From Podarcis muralis (taxonomy: Eukaryota), in contig NC_135668.1 of NCBI RefSeq assembly GCF_964188315.1, positions 31,930,001 through 31,994,000 on the forward strand: a stretch of DNA of 64,000 bases, written 5' to 3'. How positions within the stretch are numbered: position 1 is the first letter of the stretch; each line of letters starts with the position of its first letter. The position numbers and the translations under genes were made by a program. Shown here piece by piece: positions 1-38,800 of the stretch. The notes beneath the pieces were generated by a model. The model worked only from the letters and a program-made list of their open reading frames with translations, made no database searches and had not been told where the DNA came from.

Positions 1-212
1 GAGGGCACTCCATCGATTACGCTCCTGTGCTAAATAAGTCCATACATAAAACAAAACACTTAAGAATCACACAGGGGTTTGTTTTGCAGCCCTTAAGATT
101 CTGCGGCGATGGCTTCTTCCTTCATTCTATAGATTCACAGATCTATACTGTTTAAATCACAGAATGCAAACACCTGCAGTGAGTTCCAAAGGTCTGTGGG
201 AAGGGGGAGTTA

Positions 213-25825
<25,613 letters not shown>

Positions 25826-27270
25826 GGCGGTGACTGGGGAAAAGGAGAGCGTGGAAAGGTCAGCCGCTGAATCTGGTTCCCTCATGGAAAGAACGGTTCC
25901 TTGATTCAGGCCACGTTCCCACCAGACATCTAAAGCACTAGGACAGTCGTGGTTTCCCCTAAAAAAAAAAAAAATCTGGCAGGGGAGAGTTATTAGAAGA
26001 CCCATTTTCCCCTCACAGAGTTCCCTGTGAAGGAGGGTTGACAGATAAACCCCTCTGGGAAGTGCAGTCCCATGAGTGGAATAAGAGCCTCCTAACATTT
26101 AGCACTCTTAACAAACAACAGCTCCCAGGTTGCTAATGTGTTAAGGGTGCTATTAGGAATGTTAGGAGACCCCTTAACCTCCCCCCCCCCCGGCCCAGTT
26201 TCCACTCCCAGAGTGGTTTAACAGTCAATCCTTCTTCCTAGGAGACTCTGTGGCCCTGTGAAGGGAATAGGGGCCTCCTAACAACTCTCAGGACCCTTGA
26301 TAAGCTACAGCTCCCAGAATTCTTTGGGTGGGAAGCCATGACTGTTTAAAGAGGCATCATAGAACATCTCAGATGTATGGTGTGAATGTGGTCTTAATAA
26401 AGTTCTTTCCAACCATATGCGCAATTTCCAACACAAATGCCAATATTTGTGTGATCAACCACTCCTTTGAGAACTTTCCCAAGAGGACAACATGATAGTC
26501 TCTTCCAACAACATTTTTTAAAAAAAGTTCTATGGCTTCTGAAAGACTAGTGATTTAATTTATTTTGTGGCCTCAAGCCTACTCTGTCAGAGATATGAAG
26601 TAAGTTTGCCATTGGACCTCATTGCCGTTCAACTCCCAACTTACAATTAGATGTTCAGTTGCCTGGCTGTCTCTTCCTTATTTATCCTAAATGGGATCAG
26701 ACCCCAGTTGAGATGACCTCTGGCACCTATGGGAGGGACTGTAGCTCCATGACAGAGCATCTGCTTTGGAGGCTGAAGGTCCCAGGTCCAATCCCTGGTG
26801 GCAGCTCCAGGTAGGGCTTATCCTCCAACATTTATCTGATGGAAATAAGGACGTCCCATTCCATAATGATAAATTTTACTATTTATACACCACACATCTT
26901 ACTTGGTTGCCCCAGCCACTCTGGGCAGCTTCCAACATATATAAAAAGATAATAGAACATTAAACATTTTTTTTAAAAATTCCCTATACAGAATTGCCTT
27001 CAGATGACTCAGGGGTCAGATAACGCCATACCCTCCAACATTTCTCCAATGAAAACAGAGACATCCTAAGGAAAAGTGGGACATTATGGGATCAAATCAG
27101 AAACCAGGTTTCTCTAAATCAGGGAGGTCCCTGGAAAATAGGCACACTTGGAGGATCTGGCGGGGCTGGGAGAGACCCCTGCCTGAAACCCTCAAGAGCT
27201 GCTGCCAGTCAGTGTAGGCAGTACTGAGCTAGATGGACCAGGGATCTGATTATTATTATTTTTTTAAGAA

Positions 27271-27457
27271 GAGCTGTGACTCAGGAGTAGAACACCTGCT
27301 TTGCATGCAGAAGGTCCCAGGCTCAATCCTCAATGGCATCTCCAGGTACAGCTGGGAGAGAAATCCCTGCTTCAAACCCTGGCAAGCTACTGCCACTCAG
27401 TGCAGTCAGTACTGAACTAGATGGATCACTGGTCTCAGAGTAAGGCAGCTTCCTATG
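27271..27457 (+). mobile_element. tRNA-Ala-derived squamate SINE, preceded by a partial copy at about 27160-27250
   Basis: CTTTGCATGCAGAAGGTCCCAGGCTCAATCC head plus conserved body. Confidence 0.75.
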
Positions 27458-29319
27458 TACATCCCATTCTGGAGAACAATATTCCCTTTCACTGTTATTA
27501 AACATATATATATATATCCCACCTTTCCTCCCCAAGGGAGGCAAACACACAACGCATTAAACAAAACATCTAAAAACAATTCCAGAACAGGTGCAGTCTG
27601 GGTGGGCCTGATCTTGCCGACAGACACAGCCCCCTCAACTAAAGCGGCTACCCACAGACGATGGAAATGCACAACAGAGTCACAGACACAGGGTCCAGGT
27701 TCTGCAGGAGGGACCAGACTCAAACACTGTCCCTGTATATCCTTTCTGGAAATACATGCCCTACGGTCTAAGGCAGCCTCCTGTACACTCACCTGACTGG
27801 CCCTTACTTTGGCCCTGACGATGGGGCAGCATCCTCCAGCAGGGCAGCTGTGTCAGGGGGTGTGAAGCTCAGGACAGGCCACACACAGAGAAAAATGGCT
27901 GAGGAGCTCAGAGGGGTTGACCACTGCTGCCCCCCACCCCGGCGACAGCTGCCTGAAGAAGACACCTCATTCCTCCACTCCCAGGTCTTAAGTAAAGACT
28001 TACAGAAATTGCAGGCCATTAGGATCGGGCTGAGGTCTTGCGAAGAAGGCCGCCGTCATTTCTCTGCGGGGTCTGGAGTTTTGTGGTTCTCTTCAGCTTG
28101 GGAAGCTGCTTCCCCTACCCCAAAGCTTCACTTGCCACGGAAAATGGAGGACTTGGGTACAAGAGTCTCTCAGGCCCACAGTGCTGACCAGGCCACGTTC
28201 TTGAGAATGTGGAAGGCCAAGTCACCCGAGAAGTTCACCCAGCCTGGGTTGGAGCTTTTACCTTCCCATTCCGTCAAGCTAGGAAGATGTGACAGCTCCA
28301 GCACGGCTGAGCCCTACTCCTTCCCTCCATTGTCTCCCCACTTGCCTGCTTTTGGGGAGGGGGGAGAATATTACAACCAAGTGGGTAGATGGATCGACTA
28401 AGTCAGACCCAGACAATGGCCATGTCTTCTTGTCTCTGAGGCCTCTGAGGGGAATTAGAACTGGTCAAGAGCTAAACTGGATTAGAGGCCCAGTCTGGGT
28501 GTTGTGTGAGCAAATTGAAGTCGACGCTAATACAACAGCAGACAAGGCTCACGTGGGTTGAGACAGGAAGACAGCGACAGTTTGCTTCAGAAGGAGGTGG
28601 GGAGATGCCATCACAAAGAGGAACACTGGAAGATGCCTTGAACTGTGCCTTAGCATCAGCCCATCTAGCTAAGGCTAGCAGCCCTTTATTCAAAACCATG
28701 AGGACTGAAACCACAGCACCTGATTTACATGTAGAAGCTCCAGGGTTGAGAGACTTGGAATGCCCCTTGCCTGAAACCCTAGAGAGCAGTTGTCAGTCAT
28801 TGTGTAGTAGGCAATATTGAGTTTGATGGACTTGGAATAAGAGGACATGAAAATTTTCCTAAGTGCTCTGTGTGCTTCTAAATGGGTGATCTGTTTCTGG
28901 GGAACTGAATTGGGCATGAAAGGGCAATGATCTGGGTTACTGGGTTGAATATTAATTTGAAGCAAGAAATTCGTGTAACAACTTTATCTAGAGAAAAATT
29001 GGAGGGCAATGAAAGTGGGTAAATGGAGGGGAAATGAAGTGATTTGGGGCAGGCTCTGCTGGAGAATTAATATGTGAGTAAATTGAAGAGGAACTGATTT
29101 GGGGTGCAAGTTAACTGGAGAATCTGTCAAGGGAGAGTTGGAGGGGGGCACTAATTGACTTCTGTGACACTGAAATTCTAAAATTTGCATCTACACCCAT
29201 TAATTAGCATATGTAAATTTTGTTTCTAGGCCCCAGATTTTTAAATCACCTAACAATGCCACACCACAAGGATTCCATTTTAGTTGCACTGTTGCACATA
29301 TCAATCAGAGCTACATGCA

Positions 29320-29650
29320 CCCATAAAGCATGTTTATTTATTTCATAAAATTTACACACCACTAGATTGTAGAAGGCAAAAAAAATAATCAACATGGTTT
29401 ACAAAAAAGATGAAACATTATCAATAAGAAGTTAAAATAACAATAAACTGAAAACAGATGAAAACTTGCTTCAACTTTCTAAACTTCTGGATAGGCTTGT
29501 CTAAACAAAAATATTTTTTTAGCAAGGGTACAGTGAAGGCACCTGCCTGGTATCAATTGGCAGGGAGTTCCAAAGTGTAGGTGCTGCCACACAAAAAGGG
29601 GAAGTTCTCACAAATAAGGAATGGGTATGTGGTGGCACCTGTGGACAGTG
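29320..29650 (-). mobile_element. L2 LINE 3' remnant
   Basis: Minus-strand APTLWNSLPIDTRQ, typical of the L2 ORF2 end. Boundaries approximate. Confidence 0.65.
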
Positions 29651-29668
29651 CCAGTTCTGCACTGTGGG

Positions 29669-29670
<2 letters not shown>

Positions 29671-29722
<52 letters not shown>
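29671..29722. repeat. (GA)n microsatellite
   Basis: Read directly from the sequence. Confidence 0.95.
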
Positions 29723-29728
<6 letters not shown>

Positions 29729-30762
29729 AGGGCCTGCCTGCTCCACTTCTCCCTGGGTGTCAAAGCTTCAGTCACTAATTGCTGCATCCTGCTAATGCCT
29801 CAGAAATGTGTTGTGCTAATTTCCAGGGCTATTCTAATAGCCTCCCCCTCATCCTCCACCCTGACACAACTGCAAAGAAGCAGCTTGCAGTCTGTGATGG
29901 GTTTGTTATTTTTAAAAAGCTGTTGTTAGTCAAAAACATTTGCTTCCTTTTGCAAGAGCTCCTTTGACAACAATTTAAGAAGTCTTCTGTGTTGATTCCC
30001 CCTGACCCCCTTTCCCTTCCTCCACATGAATGCATGTCAAGCAAAGCTTACCTCTCTTGCGCAGGGCCTAGCCTGCACCTGTAGCACAGAATGAGGACCT
30101 GTTACCCAGCTAAACCATCCCGGCAGTTTCAGCACTTCTGGATCAATTTCAGACCTGTGGGGCAAGCGCCTGAGTTTCTATGGCAAACTCTATCCAGGCA
30201 CGGTAACCTAATAGGACAGTCATTAGTAGGCTGACCTTGGCGGGGAGCGAAGGAGTGCAAACGTCTGGGAGAGAGGCAGCTTCTCTGCAGCTACAGAGGC
30301 AACTAGGGAATTTCCCAGCTCTCAAAAGATTTAAGCAGCTTAGAGCTGTTAGGGAAATTACAGGGGGGAGCACATCTTTAAAGTTGTTAAATGTTACAAA
30401 TATTATGCCTGGATGTATCCTTTTGACTTGACAGCTCAGGGAAGATACCTAGCTTTATAAATCATATAAAATCAACCCCTTTGCAAAGTTCCTCCATTCC
30501 AACGCCTTTTGCCCTTGGAAAAAGGACTCTTTCCCCTGCCACCTCCCCAAGATTGAAGACATGTATACCCACCTCCTACCCCAGAAAGTGCCCAGAGGTG
30601 ACAATTGCTGGGCTCATTGTTCTCCAATGGAAGCCAAATCTCATCACCAGACTTGCCTCAGGCTCCAGACATGCAAAGGAAGTTCTATTGTACTTTTGGG
30701 TGGTGGGTACTTACCTGTAAGACATGTTTGCCTATGCTAATCTTGTGTAACTTTCCCCTTTT

Positions 30763-31016
30763 GAAGAAGAAGAGAAGAGTTTGGATTTGATATCCCGCTT
30801 TATCACTACCCGAAGGAGTCTCAAAGCGGCTAACATTCTCCTTTCCCTTCTTCCCCCACAACAAACACTCTGTGAGGTGAGTGGGGCTGAGAGACTTCAG
30901 AGAAGTGTGACTAGCCCAAGGTCACCCAAGCAGCTGCATGTGGAGGAGCGGAGACGCGAACCCGGTTCCCCAGATTACGAGACTACTGCTCTTAACCACT
31001 ACACCACACTGGCTCT
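30763..31016 (-). mobile_element. Young tRNA-derived squamate SINE with (TTC)n tail
   Basis: Near-identical reverse complement of 38804-39054. Confidence 0.9.
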
Positions 31017-32473
31017 GATGTAGCAATGATATATTGATGATGCTGTGCGAAGTGTATTCTGGTATATGGTGGGAAAATTTTAAAAGTCAATGTCGCCTCA
31101 TGCTCTGGTTTCACTCACTGCTGTTGAACCTGTTGCGCAACAATAAAGGATCTAAGTCTACTGACTGCTGTTTTGCTCCAAATTGCTTGGCTGGAATTTC
31201 CTCCTTTTACTGACCACATGGATCCACGGGGGACTTGTACCCCGATGAGCTGCGCTGTTGAGTATTCTCTCAACCCAGAATTTTCCTTAACAGAGCATAT
31301 ATGGGGTGGATGCTGAACCCAGAGATGATGTGTGCATGCTGCTGCTACAAATTCAGGATTGGCTTGAACCTTTCAAGCTAAGAAGAAGCAACAGGCAATC
31401 TCAGAGACACATTTGTTAGAGCTGGTGTTCTTTCAACAAAGGTAAGCTCAATAAGGTTATATTATAAAAAGTCTCCTCTTATATTCTTGTTTACAAGATA
31501 GTAAAACATGGGCCGGAGAACGCTACTGTTAGGTGATCCCCACAGCCAGATGACTAACCAAACCCAACAAGGGCTTATGAATGACTCTGTTTCCAGGGTT
31601 GCAGATCCAAAAAATCAACACTTCCGATATGGGCTGCTATGTGTACAGATTTTCCCAGATGTTTTTGCCACTTTTTGAAAATTCTGCCTGGACACTATTT
31701 TTGATGGACGAATCCATGGTATGTCCAAGAAATTCCGGGTGTATGGCACCTCTGTCTTACTCCTTCCTCCATCTTCTGAGAGTTAGTCATATGCAAGGCA
31801 AGGCAAGAGAGTATTGGATGTTCCATTCCTGGCAGAGGTGCACTTGCAGCAGGCCTCAGAAAAGTTGAGATTGGAACGGTGATATACAAATGCACCGTGA
31901 CTGAGGTTTGACATAACAATCCCAAGACTCCAATCCAGCCTTCCCCAATCTGGTGCCCTCAAAGCATTTTGGACAACAACAACACCCACCAGATGGCCAC
32001 ATATCCTCTACTTCAGCTTCCTGTAACTCAGTGCCATGCTGGTTGGGCCTGATGGGAGTTGTAGCCCAACACATCTAGAGGGCACCAGGTTGAGGAAGCT
32101 GAAATGCAAGTGAACGGGTGCCATGGAAAGAGCTACTTTTCTACAGAGCTTTCCCATTCACTTTTGTCTCTGTCCTTATCTTGACCCCTCAAAGAGATTT
32201 CCATTATGTCCCATAAACAGAAATCAAATATTTGCAGCCAGCATTAAGCGATTTGTGTAGGGTCAGGGAGTCCAGGATCTAAATCCAGCCTTCACCATTA
32301 GAAAAGGATTTATTGGGAAAGCCCCAGGGCTAGAGGCTGATCCAATTACCCACAGTGAGCTGCAGGAATACTGGAGAAGGCTTCAATCTTCCTCAGCCAT
32401 ATGGAACTACTATTCATTTTTCTGTTCTTCTGTGCTGTGAATAAACTGTATCATGAGCTTCTAAAACTCAGAT

Positions 32474-32724
32474 CAGAGGTCAGCAAACTTTTTCAGCAGG
32501 TGGCCGGTCCACTGTCCCTGCGACCTTGTGGGGGGCCAGACTATATTTTGAAGGGGGGGGGAATGAACGAATTCCTATGCCCCACAAATAACCCAGATGC
32601 ATTTTAAATAAAAGGACACATTCTACTCATGTAAAAACACGCTGATTACTGGACTGTCTGTGGGCCGGATTTAGAAGGCGATTAGGCCGGATCCGGCCCC
32701 CGGGCCTTAGTTTGCCTACCCATG
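32474..32724. mobile_element. hAT MITE
   Basis: Imperfect TIR ending GCAAACT; TSD ACTCAGAT / ACTTAGAT (7 of 8). Confidence 0.8.
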
Positions 32725-32789
32725 ACTTAGATCCACGCTATACATTTAAAGTACATGGCTTCACCCAAAGAATCCTGGGAACTGGTATG

Positions 32790-33140
32790 GATGTGACAAT
32801 GAGGGAAGAGCTCTAGTGGGCACCCATTGATATCAGGCAGGAGACTTCGCTATGCTCTTTTCAGTGCCTACTACAAACATTATTGTTCAGATAAGCCCAT
32901 TTAGAAAATTGATGCGAGTTTTAATCTCAGTAGTGACGCCCTCCCTGTGGAACACCCTCCCTTCGGATGTCAAGGAAATACAAACAACTATCTGACTTTT
33001 AGAAGACATCTGAAGGCAGCCCTGTTTAGGGAAGTTTTTAAGGATGGGTGTTTTTATTATGTTTTTAGATATGTTGTAAGCCGGCCAGAGTGGCTAGGAA
33101 AACCCAGCCAGATGGGCTGTGGTATAAATAATAAAATCGT
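32790..33140 (+). mobile_element. L2 LINE 3' remnant
   Basis: TGGAACACCCTCCC...TTTAGAAGACATCTGAAGGCAGCCCTGTTT, an L2-type end with AT-rich tail. Boundaries approximate. Confidence 0.65.
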
Positions 33141-33499
33141 TGTTGTTTTTACTATCTGAAGTGTTATTTTAACTGTATTCAAAAGTGCTAAATTATTGTT
33201 AATTCTTATTGACAATTTCATTATGCTATCTTTTTTGTAAGGCATTTTGAGGTTTTTGTTTTTTAAAAATAATAATAAAGCAATGTATAAATTTTATTAA
33301 ATAAATGAACCGACCAAGCCCCCTCGCCCCAGCCCAGTTATGAAGGACATGAGAGAGGTGTGACACTCAGACACTGCCTGCATCACTTAATCCGGAGCAG
33401 TTATGGCCTCCCTCCGTGGTCCCAGATTAGGAAAGTCAGCTAGCAAACCTAAACCACGCCAGAAGAAGAACTTTAGGGGGTCAGCTACCCCGTCGTTTT

Positions 33500-33900
33500 A
33501 ATCCGTTGCAAGAGGGGCGGGGCCAGAAAGGGGCGGGGCCGTGACGCGACCGCAGCAGTCGTTGGGTCCCTGGCGTCATCGCTGGCTGCTCTCGCGTTTC
33601 CGTGGTAACGCGCCCTTAGTCAAGTGGCGCCGTTAGGCTTCCGGCGCTCTAGGAAAGGACTCGCCGTTCTCCGCCCGCTTCCGGCTCCGTCATGGCGGCG
33701 CCCTAACTTGGAGTCACGTGAGCGAAAAGCGGCCTGCTTCTGGTGCTGTTGCCAGGCAACGCGCCTTCCCCAACCCCGGCAACTCTGCTTCAATGGAGGG
33801 GGGCGGGGGTCGCTCTGCTAGTTCTCCCCTCTTGAAGGCCGTTGCATGTAGCTCTTAAGGGGGGGGGGGGTTGACGGGAGCGGGGCGGGCTGTGTTCTGG
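33500..33900 (+). promoter_or_regulatory. ZDHHC4: CpG-island promoter and probable non-coding exon 1 of ZDHHC4
   Basis: CpG-dense. GGGGCGGGGC boxes at 33514 and 33530, ETS-like CTTCCGG, YY1-like ATGGCGGC at 33692, TCACGTGA E-box overlapping a candidate donor CAC|gtgagc at 33718. Acceptor ttttgtag at 35279 lies 6 nt before the ATG. Confidence 0.8.
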
Positions 33901-35285
33901 CGCCGGATCTGTTCCTTCCGCCAAGCAAAGAGGAAACCTCCCACAGCCCTCCTTCAGCAGGGCCGCTCGCGGGTCTTGGGTTTAAATGGCATCAAACGTG
34001 GGAAGACGGGCTCTGCCCCAAGGAGCCTGCAGTCTCCCAAGTCCCATCATCCCTGAGCATTGGCCAAGTTGGGTGTGCTAATGGGCGTTATTTATAAGCA
34101 GTATTTTTGTAAAAATTATACACAACTGGATTGTGAAAACGAACAAACCTCCAAGCGGTTTACAAAAAAACCCCATAAAATCACCATAAATTGCTAAACA
34201 TAATTTAAGACCTTTGAAAAGTTATATTTTACCCTATCTGAGTAGGCTTGTATTTAGCAGGTGCTGAAAAGAGTGCTGTGAAAGTGTCCTGCTGATATGA
34301 ATAGACAGAGAGTTTCAAAGAGTATTGTTTTTTTTATTTATTAGATTTAGATACTGCCCTTCATCAAAAGACCTTAGGGCAGTTCACAAGATAAAAATAC
34401 AAGATAAAAACACAGATAGTTCAAGTAAAAACCACAAAGCAATATAATATTCTACAATGGCTGAAGAATTTTAATCAGCCAAAGTCAAAATGTAGGTGCT
34501 GCTGTTCTAAAAAATTGAGTTCTTACCAGCGGGGGAGAAGTATTCTGTGGCACCTGTAATAGTGCCACTTGGGCACAGCTATTCCCCATGCCCTGCACTA
34601 AAACAAGACATACAACGTTGGGAGGGGGAACAGGATGAAACGGTGCCTGAAGGTGTGCAGAAGGTGAGCAGGGAGTTTCCCTGCTTCTCTCAGTCATAAG
34701 ACTGGAACTCAGTGGGGACATGCAAGAAAGCTGGAGGTTGGGAGATTCAGGACAGGCAAAAGGAATCAGACAAATTCAGGGAGGACAAGGCTATTGATGG
34801 CTACTAGTCACAATGACTATGCTCTGCTTCCACAGTTAGAGGCAGTAATGCTTCTGAATACCAGTGGGTGGAAACCACAGGATAGGAGAGTTCTCTTGTT
34901 CTTGAATCCTGCTTGTGGGTTTCCCATTGGGATATCTGTTTGGTTGCAGTTGAGAACAGGATGGGCCATTGACTTGATCCAGCGGACTTTCCTTATGTTC
35001 ATATCCTGATCCAAGAAATAGGTCCGCCTGCTCACACACCTAGCTTAGAGACCAATATCCTGGCATGTTTTATGGGAAGCTATGAATTGGCAAACCAAGA
35101 GATCAGCGCCAGACCTTGGCACACAATGGGTGAGGCAAGTGGGCAGGGAGCAGGCACAAATCTTGTTCCTGGACTGTTAGATACAGCCTTTCTTTGGTGG
35201 TATATTTGTGGGGGTTCCCTGCACTTTTTCCCTGTTGGAATTGGCTCCTCTTTAATCAGCTGCTTTTTGGATTTTGTAGGGCAGG

Positions 35286-35408
35286 ATGGACTTCTTGAGC
35301 CTCTTCCTCCTCTATGTGTTTCTGGTTCTGCTGACCATTCTCCTTGTTTGTTTCTATTCCGGAAGGAAGCAAAGCATCCCCTCAAGGCTTATCACCTGCA
35401 TAACTCAG
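35286..35408 (+). CDS. ZDHHC4: ZDHHC4 coding exon 1
   Basis: [41 protein letters not shown], donor CAG|gtaagg. Confidence 0.92.
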
Positions 35409-35765
35409 GTAAGGAATGTTTAAGCTGATCACATCAGTTTGTCACCCCACTGCTGTGCCCACTTGCCAACAGTGGTACTTAAAATTTGCCCGCAAGGTTT
35501 CTAGCATGATGGCAAGTCAGCTTCCATCCCACCAATCTCTATTTCATGCTGCCAGAGGAGCATCTACACAAAATGGTGATGTTCAGTCTGTGTGTCAATC
35601 CTGTTCTTACATATTGCAGGTAAAGGCAGGTGTTCCCATCCATCATTGGCTCTTCAGTCTTGTGATAGAACGAAAGCATTTTTCTATGCCAAAGATATGT
35701 GACTTGTATGTGAAAGAGAATTGACTAGTAGTGATTATTTATTTACATTTAACAATTTACATTTA

Positions 35766-35804
<39 letters not shown>

Positions 35805-38800
35805 AACTACAAATAGGCACATAAACAGCCAGCAGTAAGAACAGATAAAGGTAGAGCATGACCAGTGGTTACAGATGATGGGAACTGGAATCCAGCAACA
35901 CCATGAGGACCACAAATTCTCCTCCATCTCCATTCTCTTTAGAAGAGATGCAAATGCCATTTCCAAAAAACAGCAAAAGGGGTAGACTTGAGTCTGGGTT
36001 GTACCATTTCAGTAGTGCAGGTAAGGAGCTCATGGGCGTGGATACTTCTCCATACAATTACAAAAACCTTTACACATAGAAAGCCAAACGTTAGGGAGAT
36101 GAATTCTAGCTCAATCTTCTCTGCTATGAGCTAATTTTATATGTGGGTGAGTTTTCTTTTCTGTGGGAGGAAGATTTAGTCTTCTGAACCCCACTGGCAA
36201 TCTGAAGTGGTTCACCCTCAAAACCAGTTTGAGAACTAGACCTTCATGCCAAATAAACAGTTTCTGAAGTCTTCCAGTGTCAAGAATCAGTTAAGAAATA
36301 CAGCTGGATTCTGTCCATGTGGCACTTACTCTGTCGCCCCAAGAATGTAAAAAACTCAATGATTGGGGGTGTTTTATTTCCCCCTTTAAAAAAAAAAAAA
36401 TCCTCCCTCCCCCTTTGTTTTCTGTCATGTAGGTGCTGTTGCGTATAGTCCCATCCCAAGTCCAAGGAGCTGCTCATTGGGTGCTTCATGGACTCTTCCA
36501 TAAACGGTACTGCTTCTACCTCTTCTTTTGTGCCTACTCCTTGCCTGTCTCATTGTTAGCACTAACATTTTCGTTTTATTTATGTCACTTTTTAAATTAT
36601 CATTTCAATTTATTACCATAAGGTTCCAGGGTGCAATGTTAAAACAATTTAAAACAAGCCACAGACATGAGAATAGGGTGAGTCACAAAAACATACATCT
36701 CAGATATCAAAGGCAAGGGGAAGGAGGTGTGTATTTCTATGGTGCCTATCAGTTGCCTTTTCTAAGGAGGCTCACTTCCACATTAAGACACAAAGTATTA
36801 CACCCCTAAAGTCATAGTGTAAAACTCTTTGAATTGCCGTAGCTTTGCAGAATGGCTTCCGAAGATGGCTTCCCTGTGCTTTCCAAGAGTGCAGCAGGTC
36901 TTCTGCATTCCTGGTTCTCTGTTGTGCACTGATGGCCATGCTGGTTGGGGCTGCAGGGAGTTGTAGTTGGAACCATCTGAAGGGCTCCAGGTTAGACAAG
37001 TCTGTTTTAAGCCATGATTTTTCTGTATATCTTGGGTAACCCTTGGAGATGGAGAAACTTCCCTTTTTTATCTGGGTGACTGTTGCCAAGACTGGCTGCG
37101 TAATGGCGTCCGCTTCACCATTCAAGGAAATGGAGTGGCATCCCAGCAAAAATATATTCGAATTAAAAAGAAAACATGGTAATGCAAATTATTGATGAAG
37201 GCATTATGTTTTGGGTTACATACAGAAAGTGACACACAGGAAGGAACTATCAAGATAATGGGAGACAGAAACAAATAAGAGTGAGCAAATGATTTAGTAA
37301 TGTGATATATCTACAGCACTGTTGCTTTTACTCCAATTTAGCAAATGCAGGTATTTTTGCTTCATTTCCTGGTTGGATTAAAGTTTCTGCATTCAGAATG
37401 TCACTGATTTCATCCAGCTCAAGAGAAACAGCAAGGCTGACAAAGGGCAAAGAGGTAGTCTTATTGTACAATCCTGTGCATATTTATTTGGAAGTGTGTT
37501 TAATGGGGATTACTCTCAAGTCTGTTTAGGATGGCAGCTTTATTTCTTTTATTACAGTTTTCAAAACAGGACCAGTTAGGAGACCAATAGCTTAATTTGG
37601 CTTTTAGGTTTCTCTGAGGACAGTTACTCTTCACCTCTAAAACACCTTAGGCTGCAATATCCAGTGCAAAACATCACAAGCCTGATATATTTCTGAGTGG
37701 GAGTCTACCCTTACGCACCTCTTTTCTTTTTGCTGCAGAAACTGTACATTTGTGGTCCTGCACTTGCTCTTGGAAACTTTGGTTTACGGGGAATATTCCT
37801 GGGAAGTGTTTGGCTATTGTCAGGAGCTGGAGTTCAGCAGTCACTTCCTCCTCCTCCCTTACCTACTCTTGGCTGTGAGCATAGGTTTCTTCATTCTGTG
37901 CTGCAAGACTAACCCAGGTAAGACTGCTTTCCCTGCAATTGTAACTCTTGGGCAGCAGGGAAGTACCCCATAAATGGCCTTGATTTCAGCGGATGGGGTG
38001 ATGAACCTATGCCTGCTTCCAGTTAATATAAGACGCCCATTATAAAACCTGGGAATACAAAGAAATGAGCATTCTTCTTCAGTTGCTCTGTGACCTTACA
38101 AAAAGCTTCAGTTGGGTAGATTCTGCAGCTAGATTAGAGTTTTGGCTGGTGCCCTACCCATACCGTTTATGCCATCTTTTGCCAACTGGTGCCCTCCAGA
38201 TGCTTTGGACACCCAGGCAGCACAGCTGGTTGATGGGAATTGTAGTCCATACAAGGCACCAGGTTGGCAAAGGCTGCTCTATACACACATACACCAAGGA
38301 TGCATGGGTACCTCCTTCCCACTGAGTTATCTTTGGATGCCCAAAGCAGGCACCTCTCTGGAACATGCAGACTAGGTAATTCCCACCCCCCTGCAGGGAA
38401 GTTCCTTCACAGTACCACTCTTTTAGTTGAGTTCATTTATCTTGTGTACATTACTTTCCAGTTATTTCCTCCTTTCAGTTTTGCTTCATAGTTGCTCACC
38501 CTTTGCTATGTGCCTTTGCTATTTGCCGAGCTTTATGGCCCAGCCAATTGTCTTCTTTCTCAAGTGTGAGAATTGCAGCAGTCGCAACCTGTCTCCGGGG
38601 TTTTGGAGAGTCTCACCAACACGTGCAAGCACTATTATGCCTTCACCAAGCAGTTAAACTACATTATTTGCTCCCACAGGTCTTAGGTGGCCTAAAACGG
38701 GAATTAGACAAATTTGTGGAGAATACTAAGGATATAAGTGGCTACTAGTCATGATGGGATGGCTGCATACTGCCTCTGGTGCCAGAGTTTGTTATACCTT

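Noticed and set aside
25826-26098. 125-codon-scale N-terminal extension implied by the 320-aa ORF call
   Set aside because: Runs through poly-T, a splice acceptor and a MITE remnant; the homologous start is MPTTNDGW at 25825.
27850-28401. 183-aa plus-strand ORF
   Set aside because: Non-ATG start, no recognisable domain or supporting splice structure.
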